A model generated the notes under the pieces. That model worked only from the letters and a program-made list of their open reading frames with translations. It had not been told where the DNA came from and ran no database searches. The position numbers and the translations under genes were made by a program. From Escherichia coli (GTDB taxonomy: Bacteria > Pseudomonadota > Gammaproteobacteria > Enterobacterales > Enterobacteriaceae): DNA of 60,030 nucleotides. The DNA lies in the NCBI RefSeq assembly GCF_003334405.1, contig NZ_QOWM01000020.1, one strand, 5' to 3'. Each line of letters starts with the position of its first letter. The first letter of the stretch is position 1. Below are positions 11,132 to 22,983 of this stretch, in pieces.

Positions 11132-12444
11132 TGGTCGGCGGCTTTTTTATTCTCGGCTTGTCTACCTTTAGTATTATGCTGGCAATTATCCTCAGCGCCT
11201 TTTTCATTGCCGCGGTAATGGTATTAAACGGTGCTGCGGGCAGTAAATACGGTGTGCCTTTTGCCATGATCCTGCGTGCTTCTTACGGTGTACGTGGTGC
11301 ACTGTTTCCCGGATTATTAAGGGGCGGAATTGCCGCCATCATGTGGTTTGGTTTGCAATGTTACGCGGGGTCACTGGCCTGCTTGATTCTGATTGGCAAA
11401 ATCTGGCCGGGATTTTTAACTCTCGGTGGTGATTTCACTCTGTTAGGCCTTTCTCTACCGGGCTTAATTACTTTCTTAATCTTCTGGCTGGTCAACGTTG
11501 GTATAGGTTTTGGCGGTGGCAAAGTTTTAAATAAATTCACTGCCATTCTTAACCCGTGCATCTATATCGTTTTCGGCGGTATGGCGATTTGGGCGATTTC
11601 ACTGGTCGGGATCGGTCCAATCTTTGACTACATTCCGAGCGGTATTCAGAAAGCAGAAAACGGTGGCTTCCTGTTCCTGGTGGTGATTAACGCGGTAGTT
11701 GCGGTCTGGGCGGCACCGGCGGTGAGCGCATCCGACTTTACGCAAAACGCCCACTCGTTTCGTGAGCAGGCGCTGGGGCAAACGCTGGGTTTAGTTGTGG
11801 CCTATATTCTGTTTGCGGTCGCCGGGGTATGTATTATTGCCGGAGCCAGTATTCACTACGGCGCTGATACCTGGAACGTGCTGGATATTGTTCAGCGTTG
11901 GGACAGCCTGTTCGCCTCGTTCTTTGCGGTACTGGTTATTCTGATGACAACTATCTCCACTAACGCGACCGGTAATATTATTCCAGCCGGTTATCAGATT
12001 GCCGCCATTGCACCGACAAAACTGACCTATAAAAACGGCGTACTGATTGCCAGTATTATCAGCTTGCTGATCTGCCCGTGGAAATTAATGGAAAATCAGG
12101 ACAGCATTTATCTTTTCCTCGATATTATCGGCGGAATGCTTGGTCCGGTAATTGGTGTCATGATGGCGCATTATTTTGTGGTGATGCGCGGACAAATTAA
12201 TCTTGATGAACTGTATACCGCACCTGGCGATTATAAATATTACGATAACGGTTTTAACCTCACTGCGTTTTCAGTAACTCTGGTGGCCGTTATTTTATCT
12301 CTTGGCGGTAAGTTTATTCACTTTATGGAACCGTTATCGCGTGTTTCATGGTTTGTCGGCGTCATCGTCGCCTTTGCGGCCTACGCCTTATTAAAGAAAC
12401 GTACAACAGCAGAAAAAACAGGAGAGCAAAAAACCATAGGTTAA
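10990..12444 (+). CDS. ybbW: Allantoin permease, NCS1 family
   Basis: 484 aa polytopic membrane protein; synteny within the allantoin cluster. Confidence 0.9.
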   Translation: MEHQRKLFQQRGYSEDLLPKTQSQRTWKTFNYFTLWMGSVHNVPNYVMVGGFFILGLSTFSIMLAIILSAFFIAAVMVLNGAAGSKYGVPFAMILRASYGVRGALFPGLLRGGIAAIMWFGLQCYAGSLACLILIGKIWPGFLTLGGDFTLLGLSLPGLITFLIFWLVNVGIGFGGGKVLNKFTAILNPCIYIVFGGMAIWAISLVGIGPIFDYIPSGIQKAENGGFLFLVVINAVVAVWAAPAVSASDFTQNAHSFREQALGQTLGLVVAYILFAVAGVCIIAGASIHYGADTWNVLDIVQRWDSLFASFFAVLVILMTTISTNATGNIIPAGYQIAAIAPTKLTYKNGVLIASIISLLICPWKLMENQDSIYLFLDIIGGMLGPVIGVMMAHYFVVMRGQINLDELYTAPGDYKYYDNGFNLTAFSVTLVAVILSLGGKFIHFMEPLSRVSWFVGVIVAFAAYALLKKRTTAEKTGEQKTIG

Positions 12445-12503
12445 TTAATCCCGATATTGAACATTGAGTTAAAAACCAATCTGTATTTTACAAGGAGTTT
12501 GTT

Positions 12504-13865
12504 ATGTCTTTTGATTTAATCATTAAAAACGGCACCGTTATTTTAGAAAACGAAGCTCGCGTTGTAGATATCGCCGTTAAAGGCGGAAAAATTGCTGCTA
12601 TCGGTCAGGATCTGGGCGATGCAAAAGAAGTTATGGATGCGTCTGGTCTGGTGGTTTCGCCGGGCATGGTTGATGCGCACACCCATATTTCTGAACCGGG
12701 TCGTAGCCACTGGGAAGGTTATGAAACCGGTACTCGCGCAGCGGCAAAAGGTGGTATCACCACCATGATCGAAATGCCGCTCAACCAGCTGCCTGCAACG
12801 GTTGACCGCGCTTCAATTGAACTGAAGTTCGATGCCGCTAAAGGCAAGCTGACTATTGATGCGGCACAACTCGGTGGCCTGGTGTCTTACAACATCGACC
12901 GTCTGCATGAGCTGGATGAAGTGGGCGTTGTCGGCTTCAAATGCTTCGTTGCGACCTGTGGCGATCGCGGTATCGACAACGACTTCCGTGATGTAAACGA
13001 CTGGCAGTTCTTCAAAGGTGCGCAGAAGCTGGGCGAACTGGGTCAGCCGGTGCTGGTGCACTGCGAAAACGCGCTGATTTGTGACGAACTGGGCGAAGAA
13101 GCGAAGCGTGAAGGTCGCGTAACCGCTCATGACTATGTGGCTTCGCGTCCGGTATTTACCGAAGTGGAAGCAATTCGCCGCGTACTGTATCTGGCGAAAG
13201 TTGCTGGTTGCCGTCTGCACGTTTGCCACGTCAGCAGCCCGGAAGGTGTTGAGGAAGTGACTCGTGCACGTCAGGAAGGTCAGGACGTTACTTGTGAATC
13301 CTGCCCGCATTACTTTGTACTGGATACCGATCAGTTCGAAGAAATCGGTACTCTGGCGAAGTGTTCACCGCCGATCCGCGATCTGGAAAACCAGAAAGGC
13401 ATGTGGGAAAAACTGTTTAACGGTGAAATCGACTGCCTGGTTTCCGACCACTCTCCATGCCCGCCGGAAATGAAAGCCGGTAACATCATGAAAGCATGGG
13501 GCGGTATCGCCGGTCTGCAAAGCTGCATGGACGTGATGTTCGATGAAGCGGTACAGAAACGCGGTATGTCTCTGCCAATGTTCGGCAAATTAATGGCGAC
13601 TAACGCAGCAGATATTTTCGGTCTGCAGCAAAAAGGCCGTATCGCCCCAGGAAAAGATGCCGACTTCGTCTTCATTCAGCCGAATAGCAGCTATGTTCTT
13701 ACCAATGACGATCTGGAATATCGCCACAAAGTCAGCCCGTATGTTGGCCGTACCATTGGCGCGCGTATCACGAAAACCATCTTACGTGGTGATGTGATTT
13801 ACGACATTGAACAGGGCTTCCCTGTTGCGCCGAAAGGTCAATTTATCCTTAAACATCAGCAGTAA
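12504..13865 (+). CDS. allB: Allantoinase
   Basis: 453 aa; amidohydrolase metal-binding motifs (DAHTHI ... HVCHVSS). Confidence 0.9.
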   Translation: MSFDLIIKNGTVILENEARVVDIAVKGGKIAAIGQDLGDAKEVMDASGLVVSPGMVDAHTHISEPGRSHWEGYETGTRAAAKGGITTMIEMPLNQLPATVDRASIELKFDAAKGKLTIDAAQLGGLVSYNIDRLHELDEVGVVGFKCFVATCGDRGIDNDFRDVNDWQFFKGAQKLGELGQPVLVHCENALICDELGEEAKREGRVTAHDYVASRPVFTEVEAIRRVLYLAKVAGCRLHVCHVSSPEGVEEVTRARQEGQDVTCESCPHYFVLDTDQFEEIGTLAKCSPPIRDLENQKGMWEKLFNGEIDCLVSDHSPCPPEMKAGNIMKAWGGIAGLQSCMDVMFDEAVQKRGMSLPMFGKLMATNAADIFGLQQKGRIAPGKDADFVFIQPNSSYVLTNDDLEYRHKVSPYVGRTIGARITKTILRGDVIYDIEQGFPVAPKGQFILKHQQ

Positions 13866-13921
13866 TCTGGCCCCTGCAATGCCCGTCCTTGCGGCGGGCA
13901 TTCTCCGGTTAAGGTGTGTTT

Positions 13922-15223
13922 ATGTTCAATTTTGCAGTCAGCCGCGAAAGCCTGTTATCAGGATTTCAGTGGTTTTTCTTTATTTTTTGCAACACGGTTG
14001 TGGTTCCTCCTACGCTACTTTCTGCTTTTCAGTTGCCGCAAAGTAGCCTGCTTACGCTCACGCAATATGCTTTTCTTGCTACCGCACTGGCCTGCTTCGC
14101 TCAGGCGTTTTGCGGTCATCGTCGCGCTATTATGGAAGGGCCAGGTGGCCTGTGGTGGGGAACCATCCTTACTATCACCCTTGGTGAAGCATCGCGCGGG
14201 ACACCGATCAACGATATCGCCACCAGCCTGGCAGTGGGGATTGCACTCTCCGGCGTGCTGACGATGTTGATTGGTTTTAGCGGATTAGGCCATCGCCTGG
14301 CACGGTTATTTACGCCGTCGGTGATGGTCTTGTTTATGTTGATGCTGGGCGCGCAGCTGACCACTATCTTTTTCAAAGGTATGCTCGGGCTGCCGTTTGG
14401 CATAGCCGACCCGAATTTTAAAATTCAGTTACCGCCGTTCGCGCTCTCGGTGGCGGTGATGTGCCTGGTACTGGCGATGATTATCTTCCTGCCGCAACGT
14501 TTTGCCCGTTATGGCCTGCTGGTCGGCACCATAACCGGCTGGTTGTTGTGGTACTTTTGCTTTCCTTCTTCGCACTCGCTCTCCGGTGAGTTGCACTGGC
14601 AGTGGTTCCCGCTCGGCAGTGGCGGTGCTTTGTCGCCGGGAATTATTCTGACGGCGGTGATTACAGGTCTGGTAAATATCAGCAATACCTACGGTGCGAT
14701 TCGGGGCACGGATGTTTTTTATCCGCAGCAGGGCGCAGGGAATACGCGTTATCGTCGTAGCTTTGTGGCGACCGGATTTATGACGCTGATAACCGTACCG
14801 CTGGCGGTAATTCCATTTTCACCGTTTGTTTCATCCATTGGTTTATTAACCCAGACTGGCGATTACACGCGGCGTTCGTTTATTTATGGCAGCGTTATTT
14901 GCCTGCTGGTGGCGCTGGTTCCTGCACTCACGCGACTGTTTTGCAGTATCCCTTTACCCGTGAGTAGTGCGGTCATGCTGGTTTCTTATCTGCCTTTACT
15001 CTTTTCCGCGCTGGTGTTTAGCCAGCAAATAACGTTTACCGCTCGCAATATTTATCGACTCGCATTGCCGTTATTTGTCGGCATATTTTTAATGGCATTA
15101 CCGCCTGTGTATCTGCAAGACCTTCCATTAACGCTTCGTCCTCTGCTCAGTAACGGCTTATTGGTCGGGATTTTACTGGCTGTTCTTATGGATAACCTTA
15201 TTCCGTGGGAACGCATCGAATAA
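13922..15223 (+). CDS. ybbY: Putative purine/uracil permease (NCS2-like membrane protein)
   Basis: ~433 aa polytopic membrane protein; ATG at 13922 (track ORF uses GTG 13916). Confidence 0.85.
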   Translation: MFNFAVSRESLLSGFQWFFFIFCNTVVVPPTLLSAFQLPQSSLLTLTQYAFLATALACFAQAFCGHRRAIMEGPGGLWWGTILTITLGEASRGTPINDIATSLAVGIALSGVLTMLIGFSGLGHRLARLFTPSVMVLFMLMLGAQLTTIFFKGMLGLPFGIADPNFKIQLPPFALSVAVMCLVLAMIIFLPQRFARYGLLVGTITGWLLWYFCFPSSHSLSGELHWQWFPLGSGGALSPGIILTAVITGLVNISNTYGAIRGTDVFYPQQGAGNTRYRRSFVATGFMTLITVPLAVIPFSPFVSSIGLLTQTGDYTRRSFIYGSVICLLVALVPALTRLFCSIPLPVSSAVMLVSYLPLLFSALVFSQQITFTARNIYRLALPLFVGIFLMALPPVYLQDLPLTLRPLLSNGLLVGILLAVLMDNLIPWERIE

Positions 15224-15244
15224 TTTGTTGAAAAAGGATTGATA

Positions 15245-16390
15245 ATGAAGATTGTCATTGCGCCAGACTCTTTTAAAGAGAGCTTAAGTGCAGAAAAATG
15301 TTGTCAGGCAATTAAAGCCGGGTTTTCGACCCTCTTTCCCGATGCGAACTATATCTGTTTGCCGATAGCGGATGGCGGCGAAGGGACGGTGGATGCGATG
15401 GTCGCCGCGACGGGCGGCAACATCGTGACGCTTGAAGTCTGCGGGCCGATGGGCGAAAAAGTGAATGCTTTTTATGGCCTTACCGGCGACGGGAAAACGG
15501 CGGTGATTGAGATGGCGGCAGCAAGTGGCCTGATGCTGGTCGCGCCTGAAAAGCGTAATCCGTTGCTGGCCTCCAGTTTTGGTACGGGGGAGTTAATTCG
15601 TCATGCGCTGGATAACGACATTCGCCATATTATTCTCGGCATTGGCGGCAGTGCGACGGTCGACGGCGGTATGGGCATGGCGCAGGCGCTCGGTGTGCGT
15701 TTCCTTGATGCCGACGGTCAGGCGCTGGCGGCAAACGGTGGTAATTTAGCGCGCGTGGCAAGCATTGAGATGGATGAATGCGATCCGCGTCTGGCGAATT
15801 GCCATATTGAAGTAGCATGTGACGTTGATAACCCGCTGGTAGGGGCACGCGGCGCGGCGGCGGTGTTTGGCCCGCAAAAAGGGGCAACGCCGGAGATGGT
15901 CGAAGAACTTGAACAGGGGCTGCAAAATTACGCCCGTGTTTTACAACAGCAAACTGAAATTAATGTCTGCCAGATGGCGGGCGGCGGCGCTGCGGGCGGT
16001 ATGGGTATTGCGGCGGCGGTATTTCTCAATGCGGATATTAAACCGGGCATTGAAATTGTGTTGAATGCGGTCAATCTTGCGCAGGCAGTGCAGGGCGCAG
16101 CACTGGTGATTACCGGGGAAGGGCGCATCGACTCGCAAACGGCAGGCGGTAAAGCGCCGCTGGGTGTGGCGTCGGTGGCGAAGCAGTTTAATGTACCGGT
16201 GATTGGGATTGCTGGCGTATTGGGTGATGGCGTGGAAGTGGTGCACCAGTACGGCATTGACGCGGTATTCAGCATTTTGCCTCGTCTGGCACCTTTAGCC
16301 GAAGTGCTCGCCAGCGGTGAAACCAATCTCTTCAACAGCGCGCGAAATATTGCCTGCGCCATTAAAATAGGTCAGGGAATTAAAAACTAA
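15245..16390 (+). CDS. glxK: Glycerate kinase II
   Basis: ~381 aa, [14 protein letters not shown] start. Confidence 0.9.
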
Positions 16391-16439
16391 CCCTTACCTT
16401 TAAAGCGGATGCGATTTATATCGCATAAGAGTGCAGTAC

Positions 16440-16550
16440 TCATGCCGGATGCGGCATGAGTACCATATCCTTCCTGAAAATCGCGCAAATTCTATATATT
16501 GCAGAGATCATGTAGGCCTGATAAGCGAAGCGCATCAGGCAATGTTACAA
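16440..16550. repeat. REP (repetitive extragenic palindrome) elements
   Basis: REP-type palindromes (GCCGGATGCGGC; GTAGGCCTGATAAGCG...CGCATCAGGCA) between convergent glxK and allE. Confidence 0.7.
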
Positions 16551-16617
16551 AAAAAGCCACGGTATAAACCGTGGCAAAATCCAACATAGCTAAAAATAAT
16601 CAGGCGAGTGGTATGAC

Positions 16618-17403
16618 TTAAATCTCTACGTCGCGGTTACAATCTTTCGAGTAAATATAGCTGAACGCTTCACCACGCCCTACACCATAACCAGCCTGTA
16701 AAGAATAAGCGCCCATAAAGATGTAATCGCCTTTTTTCACCGGGATCCAGTTATTGTCGAGGTTATAAACCCCCTGACCGGAAAGAATATAGGCACCGTG
16801 TTCCTGAACGTGTGTTTCGATATAACCGTGGCTGGCACCTGGTGCAAAAGAGAGGATATGCATGTTCATATCAAAACCTAACTCTTTGGGCAGAAAATCC
16901 AGCAGAATAACATCGTCCATGCCTTCATAATGAATGCGTTCCAGTTCGCTGGCATTGCCAGAAACCAGCCACGGTGCATAGCCTTCTACCGGAACATAGC
17001 GGCGCTTATATAAAAAGATTTGGCTGTCTTCGGCCTGGGCGTTAACAAACGTCATTAAGGAGCCTGGCGGGCAATAAAGATAGCCACCTTCGCTTAAGGC
17101 AAATGTTTTGCCTTCGGCTTTGGCAGTGATATTTCCAGAGATCACATACAGGAACGTTTCAATGCCTTCGCCACCGAAGCCCTGTTGGTTGCCACCGTTT
17201 TGATGCAGTGTGACCAGATAATCAACAAAAGAGGCACCCAGCTTTGGCGTGGAGAGGATTGTCGCGTCACAATTTTCAAAGCCCGGAATAATATTTTTTA
17301 CCAGACCATCCGGGGTTAACAGTGCGAAATTACCGTGTTTAACAATCGCACGGTTAGCCAGTAAATCTTCGCGGTAACCGGTGACGTTATTTAAATATCC
17401 CAT
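16618..17403 (-). CDS. allE: (S)-ureidoglycine aminohydrolase, bicupin
   Basis: 261 aa; synteny. Confidence 0.9.
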   Translation of the reverse strand: MGYLNNVTGYREDLLANRAIVKHGNFALLTPDGLVKNIIPGFENCDATILSTPKLGASFVDYLVTLHQNGGNQQGFGGEGIETFLYVISGNITAKAEGKTFALSEGGYLYCPPGSLMTFVNAQAEDSQIFLYKRRYVPVEGYAPWLVSGNASELERIHYEGMDDVILLDFLPKELGFDMNMHILSFAPGASHGYIETHVQEHGAYILSGQGVYNLDNNWIPVKKGDYIFMGAYSLQAGYGVGRGEAFSYIYSKDCNRDVEI

Positions 17404-17413
17404 TTATGACTCC

Positions 17414-18649
17414 TTATTTCTGCCAGGCAAGTTGATAAAGCATGAGTGCCAACGTTTTGACCCCTTCGGCAAGGTCGGTAATATTGGTGCGTTCCGCCGG
17501 GTTATGGCTGATCCCGTTGATGCTGGGGATAAAAATCATGCAGGTTGGTACGCGAGGCGCGAAAATTTGCGCGTCGTGCCCGGCACCACTGTGCATCACC
17601 CGGTAATTCAGTTTTTCTCTTTCACACAATTCTGTCAGGGTGGCGACCAGCTCCTTATTCATCGGCACGGGTTCTTCGTCCATCCATAAATCGATATCAA
17701 TACCAATGTCCATTTCATCGCAAATCGCCCGCATGTCGTTTTCTAACTGTTGGGTGAAATCGCGCAGCACGGCAGCGTCGGTATGACGACAATCAATGGT
17801 GAACGTGGTTTTACCCGGCACCACATTTACCGTATTCGGGCGCGGCTCTACTTTGCCAAAGGTCAGAACCAGCGGATCGCCCATCCTTTTCGCTTTTTCG
17901 ACCGACTGATGGCAAATGCGACTGAAAGCGTAAACTGTATCACGACGATAACCCATCGGCGTGGTGCCTGCATGGTTTGATTCGCCGTTCAGCGTTACCG
18001 TATAACGACGCTGCCCGACAATTGCATTCACCACGCCAATTGATTGCCCATTACTTTCCAGCACACAGCCCTGTTCAATATGCAGTTCAACAAAGGCTTT
18101 AATATCCTGACGCGGAGTTAGTGGGGCGTTCGGAAGAGTAAATCCGCAAGCCTTCATCGCATCGACAAAACTATTTCCTTTGGCATCACAGATATTCCGC
18201 ACGTCGTCAGGATTCGCCAGCCCAAAAATATTTTTACTGCCCCAGAAGACATACGGGAAGCGGCTGCCTTCTTCTTCTGCCATCGCCACCACTTCGACCG
18301 TACGTAGCGGCGCGCCGTATTGCGTTTTCAGCCAGTCAATTGCCAGCCACGCCGCCAGCGCGCCGAATTGCCCGTCAAGGTTACCGCCGTTAACCACGGT
18401 ATCGATATGCGAACCGCTCAGAACCACTTCCTGTGGATATTCGGTGCCATTCAGGCGACCGTATAAATTCCCCACTTCATCGAAACGTGTTTCCAGCCCG
18501 CTTGCTGCCATTCTTTTTTTAAATTGCTGCTGGGTTTCCAGCCATTCCGGCGAATAAAGTAAACGGGTCATCCCACCCGCTGGGTCAGCGCCAAAAGAGG
18601 AAAGCCAGGGCAGCGTTTCTTCTATAGCTTGACGGAAATGTGTAATCAT
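17414..18649 (-). CDS. allC: Allantoate amidohydrolase (M20 peptidase family)
   Basis: ~411 aa from MITHFRQAIE. Confidence 0.9.
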   Translation of the reverse strand: MITHFRQAIEETLPWLSSFGADPAGGMTRLLYSPEWLETQQQFKKRMAASGLETRFDEVGNLYGRLNGTEYPQEVVLSGSHIDTVVNGGNLDGQFGALAAWLAIDWLKTQYGAPLRTVEVVAMAEEEGSRFPYVFWGSKNIFGLANPDDVRNICDAKGNSFVDAMKACGFTLPNAPLTPRQDIKAFVELHIEQGCVLESNGQSIGVVNAIVGQRRYTVTLNGESNHAGTTPMGYRRDTVYAFSRICHQSVEKAKRMGDPLVLTFGKVEPRPNTVNVVPGKTTFTIDCRHTDAAVLRDFTQQLENDMRAICDEMDIGIDIDLWMDEEPVPMNKELVATLTELCEREKLNYRVMHSGAGHDAQIFAPRVPTCMIFIPSINGISHNPAERTNITDLAEGVKTLALMLYQLAWQK

Positions 18650-18670
18650 AAGAAAGTCCTGTCTCAATAA

Positions 18671-19720
18671 TTATTGCGCAAAGGGATTTTTCGTTTCGTA
18701 TGACGTGTTATAAAGCGCGTCGGAAATTAAATACTGGTAAATATCATCAACAATTTCGATGCCTTCGACGGCGGCTTTGCGTTGTTTAATATCCTGATCC
18801 TGTCCGGGATAATAAACCTGATTAAAACCGGGCGCGGGGGTAATGGCATTTAATTCGCGCATGGTCTGGCTAAGATGTTGACGGAATAATTCGCTGGAGG
18901 AGAAAAAGTTCGGATTAATAACTATATGTAATTGCCCCAAATTACGCCCTGCGTGTAAATCGTCATACATCGAACTAACCTGTCGCCCGAACGGTAAGCC
19001 GAGTAAGACGCCTGAGAGGACGTCAATCATCATCATCAGGCCATACCCTTTTGGCCCGGCGGCGGGGAGCAGAGCATGTACCGCGAACGGATCGGTTGTT
19101 GGTACACCGTTTTTATCGACCGCCCAGGTATCCGGGATAGACATATTACGCGAGCGGGCGTCGAGCACTTTTCCCCATGCCTGTACGGTAGTCGCCATAT
19201 CAAAGGTAAGGATCTCGTCGCCTTCTCCCGGCGCGGCAAAGGCCAGGGGGTTAGTACCGTAGTAAATTTCCGCGCCGCCAAACGGCACCACCATTGGATC
19301 GGACTGGCACATCGAAATGCCAATGAATCCGGCGCGGGCTGCCTGCTGCACAAAATAAGAGATTGCGCCGCTGTGACCCATCCGGCTGATACCGACCACC
19401 GCAACGCCATTTTGCTGGGCGGTTTTGATGGCATGTTCCATACCCATTTTCGCCGCGACCTGTCCGGCGGCATTGTCGGCATGTAAAATTGCCGAGCACG
19501 GCCCGGTTTCCTCAAGACGAAACTCCGGTTCGCGGTTGGTGCCGCCTTTTGAAATGCGTTCCGCGTAGTATTCCACGCGCACCGCGCCATGAGAGTGGAT
19601 CCCTCTGGCATCGGCGTAAACCAATACTTCAGCCACGGTTGCAGCGTGCTCACGTTTTAACCCAGCCTGGCAGAGTTTATTCTCAATTAGCTGGTGGAGT
19701 GTTTCCCGACTGATTTTCAT
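18671..19720 (-). CDS. allD: Ureidoglycolate dehydrogenase
   Basis: 349 aa; synteny. Confidence 0.9.
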   Translation of the reverse strand: MKISRETLHQLIENKLCQAGLKREHAATVAEVLVYADARGIHSHGAVRVEYYAERISKGGTNREPEFRLEETGPCSAILHADNAAGQVAAKMGMEHAIKTAQQNGVAVVGISRMGHSGAISYFVQQAARAGFIGISMCQSDPMVVPFGGAEIYYGTNPLAFAAPGEGDEILTFDMATTVQAWGKVLDARSRNMSIPDTWAVDKNGVPTTDPFAVHALLPAAGPKGYGLMMMIDVLSGVLLGLPFGRQVSSMYDDLHAGRNLGQLHIVINPNFFSSSELFRQHLSQTMRELNAITPAPGFNQVYYPGQDQDIKQRKAAVEGIEIVDDIYQYLISDALYNTSYETKNPFAQ

Positions 19721-20036
19721 CTGTCTTCCTTTTTAACGACGGTGTGAAGCATGACTGCAATTAACATACAGGGAAAATATCTGGATTATGTGATCCAGAC
19801 AGGCAAGAAAATATAGTTAGAATTTATTTGATAATCCGCTCACTTTTAACCTGATTTTTAAAACAACCACGCTTATTAAAAAATAATGAGTAATAGCCTG
19901 GCGGTTATTTGAATTCTTTTGTTAATAATTCCTGTGTGATATTCATCACCTTATTTACTCGTTGTCATCGATACCGTAATCGCCACATTAACACTGCTCG
20001 TGCAATTGCCATGGGTGCAATTTTTAAGGAGTTGTT

Positions 20037-21704
20037 ATGATCCACGCCTTTATTAAAAAAGGGTGTTTTCAGGATTCGGTCAGTTTAATGATTATTTCAC
20101 GAAAACTCAGCGAATCAGAAAATGTTGATGATGTTTCCGTAATGATGGGTACGCCCGCCAATAAAGCGTTATTAGATACCACAGGTTTCTGGCATGACGA
20201 TTTTAATAACGCCACGCCGAACGATATTTGCGTGGCAATTCGTAGCGAAGCGGCGGATGCGGGGATCGCGCAGGCGATTATGCAGCAGCTTGAAGAGGCG
20301 CTAAAACAACTGGCGCAGGGGTCAGGCAGCAGCCAGGCGTTGACGCAGGTGCGTCGCTGGGACAGTGCCTGTCAGAAATTACCCGACGCCAGTCTGGCGC
20401 TGATTTCAGTGGCTGGCGAGTATGCGGCGGAGCTGGCGAACCAGGCGCTGGATCGCAACCTCAACGTGATGATGTTCTCCGATAACGTCACGCTGGAAGA
20501 TGAAATCCAACTTAAAAGCCGCGCGCGGGAAAAAGGCTTGCTGGTGATGGGGCCGGACTGCGGTACGTCGATGATTGCCGGCACGCCGCTGGCTTTTGCT
20601 AACGTGATGCCGGAAGGCAATATTGGCGTCATTGGCGCTTCCGGTACCGGGATTCAGGAACTGTGTTCGCAGATTGCGCTGGCAGGGGAGGGAATTACTC
20701 ACGCGATTGGCCTTGGCGGGCGCGACCTCAGCCGTGAAGTGGGCGGCATCAGTGCGCTGACGGCGCTGGAAATGCTCAGTGCAGACGAGAAAAGCGAAGT
20801 GCTGGCATTTGTTTCAAAACCGCCTGCCGAAGCTGTGCGTCTGAAAATTGTTAATGCCATGAAAGCAACCGGCAAACCGACGGTGGCGCTGTTTTTAGGT
20901 TATACCCCGGCGGTGGCCCGCGACGAGAATGTCTGGTTTGCCTCCTCGCTGGATGAGGCCGCACGCCTGGCTTGCCTGCTTTCACGCGTTACGGCGCGAC
21001 GTAACGCGATAACGCCTGCCAGCAGCGGATTTATTTGCGGTTTGTATACCGGCGGTACCCTGGCTGCCGAAGCGGCGGGATTACTTGCTGGACACCTTGG
21101 CGTGGAAGCCGACGATACCCATCATCACGGCATGATGCTCGACGCCGATGGTCACCAGATTATTGACCTCGGCGATGATTTCTACACCGTCGGGCGTCCC
21201 CATCCGATGATCGACCCAGCCTTACGCAATCAGTTAATTGCCGATCTCGGCGCTAAACCGCAAGTGCGCGTATTGCTGCTTGATGTCGTGATTGGCTTCG
21301 GTGCGACCGCCGATCCTGCCGCCTCGCTGGTAAGCGCCTGGCAAAAAGCCTGTGCTGCGCGTTCAGACAATCAACCACTGTATGCCATTGCCACGGTGAC
21401 AGGCACTGAACGTGACCCGCAATGCCGCTCGCAGCAAATCGCCACGCTGGAAGATGCGGGGATCGCGGTAGTGAGTTCGCTGCCGGAAGCCACCTTGCTG
21501 GCGGCGGCACTGATTCGTCCGCTTTCGCCTGCCACTCAGCAACACACACCGTCATTACTGGAAAACGTCGCCGTGATTAACATCGGATTACGCAGCTTTG
21601 CGCTGGAGCTACAAAGCGCCAGCAAACCGGTTGTGCATTACCAATGGTCGCCAGTCGCCGGCGGCAATAAAAAACTGGCTCGTTTATTAGAACGTTTGCA
21701 ATAA
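20037..21704 (+). CDS. fdrA: FdrA, succinyl-CoA-synthetase-alpha-like/CoA-binding protein; proposed subunit of oxamate carbamoyltransferase
   Basis: 555 aa; synteny with ylbE/ylbF/ybcF. Confidence 0.85.
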   Translation: MIHAFIKKGCFQDSVSLMIISRKLSESENVDDVSVMMGTPANKALLDTTGFWHDDFNNATPNDICVAIRSEAADAGIAQAIMQQLEEALKQLAQGSGSSQALTQVRRWDSACQKLPDASLALISVAGEYAAELANQALDRNLNVMMFSDNVTLEDEIQLKSRAREKGLLVMGPDCGTSMIAGTPLAFANVMPEGNIGVIGASGTGIQELCSQIALAGEGITHAIGLGGRDLSREVGGISALTALEMLSADEKSEVLAFVSKPPAEAVRLKIVNAMKATGKPTVALFLGYTPAVARDENVWFASSLDEAARLACLLSRVTARRNAITPASSGFICGLYTGGTLAAEAAGLLAGHLGVEADDTHHHGMMLDADGHQIIDLGDDFYTVGRPHPMIDPALRNQLIADLGAKPQVRVLLLDVVIGFGATADPAASLVSAWQKACAARSDNQPLYAIATVTGTERDPQCRSQQIATLEDAGIAVVSSLPEATLLAAALIRPLSPATQQHTPSLLENVAVINIGLRSFALELQSASKPVVHYQWSPVAGGNKKLARLLERLQ

Positions 21705-21713
21705 GGGGTTCCC

Positions 21714-22973
21714 ATGTTTACATCAGTGGCGCAAGCCAATGCTGCGGTTATCGAACAAATTCGTCGCGCTCGTCCACACTGGCTGGATGTGCAACCGGCT
21801 TCTTCACTTATCAGCGAACTAAACCAGGGCAAAACACTGCTTCACGCCGGGCCGCCAATGCGCTGGCAGGAGATGACCGGACCTATGAAAGGGGCGTGCG
21901 TGGGCGCATGTCTGTTCGAAGGTTGGGCGAAAGATGAAGCGCAGGCGCTGGCAATACTGGAGCAGGGGGAAGTGAACTTCATTCCTTGTCACCATGTGAA
22001 TGCCGTCGGGCCAATGGGCGGTATTACTTCTGCCAGTATGCCGATGCTGGTGGTCGAGAACGTGACCGACGGCAACCGGGCGTACTGCAACCTCAACGAA
22101 GGTATCGGCAAAGTGATGCGTTTTGGCGCTTATGGCGAAGATGTCCTGACTCGCCATCGCTGGATGCGCGATGTGTTAATGCCAGTATTAAGCGCGGCGC
22201 TGGGGCGCATGGAGCACGGTATCGATCTCACGGCGATGATGGCGCAGGGCATTACCATGGGCGATGAGTTCCATCAACGCAATATTGCTTCCTCAGCACT
22301 GTTAATGCGTACGCTGGCCCCACAAATTGCTCGCCTCGATCATGATAAACAGCACATTGCGGAAGTGATGGATTTCCTCAGCGTGACCGATCAGTTCTTC
22401 CTCAACCTCGCGATGGCCTACTGCAAGGCGGCGATGGATGCTGGCGCGATGATCCGCGCAGGCAGCATCGTTACGGCTATGACCCGCAACGGCAATATGT
22501 TCGGGATTCGGGTAAGCGGGCTGGGTGAACGCTGGTTTACTGCGCCTGTAAACACTCCGCAAGGTCTGTTTTTCACCGGCTTCTCGCAGGAGCAGGCGAA
22601 CCCGGATATGGGCGATAGCGCGATTACCGAAACCTTTGGTATCGGAGGTGCGGCAATGATCGCAGCGCCTGGCGTAACGCGCTTTGTCGGTGCGGGTGGC
22701 ATGGAAGCGGCCAGGGCGGTATCTGAAGAGATGGCGGAAATTTACCTTGAACGCAATATGCAGTTGCAGATCCCAAGCTGGGATTTTCAGGGCGCCTGCC
22801 TGGGACTGGACATTCGTCGCGTGGTAGAAACCGGTATTACGCCACTCATCAATACCGGTATCGCCCATAAAGAGGCGGGGATCGGGCAGATTGGCGCAGG
22901 CACCGTGCGGGCACCGCTGGCGTGTTTTGAACAGGCGCTGGAAGCACTGGCTGAAAGCATGGGGATTGGTTGA
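21714..22973 (+). CDS. ylbE: DUF1116-family protein, uninterrupted reading frame
   Basis: 419-aa continuous ORF; I recall it as frameshifted in MG1655. Confidence 0.85.
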   Translation: MFTSVAQANAAVIEQIRRARPHWLDVQPASSLISELNQGKTLLHAGPPMRWQEMTGPMKGACVGACLFEGWAKDEAQALAILEQGEVNFIPCHHVNAVGPMGGITSASMPMLVVENVTDGNRAYCNLNEGIGKVMRFGAYGEDVLTRHRWMRDVLMPVLSAALGRMEHGIDLTAMMAQGITMGDEFHQRNIASSALLMRTLAPQIARLDHDKQHIAEVMDFLSVTDQFFLNLAMAYCKAAMDAGAMIRAGSIVTAMTRNGNMFGIRVSGLGERWFTAPVNTPQGLFFTGFSQEQANPDMGDSAITETFGIGGAAMIAAPGVTRFVGAGGMEAARAVSEEMAEIYLERNMQLQIPSWDFQGACLGLDIRRVVETGITPLINTGIAHKEAGIGQIGAGTVRAPLACFEQALEALAESMGIG

Positions 22974-22983
22974 GGAACGCACA

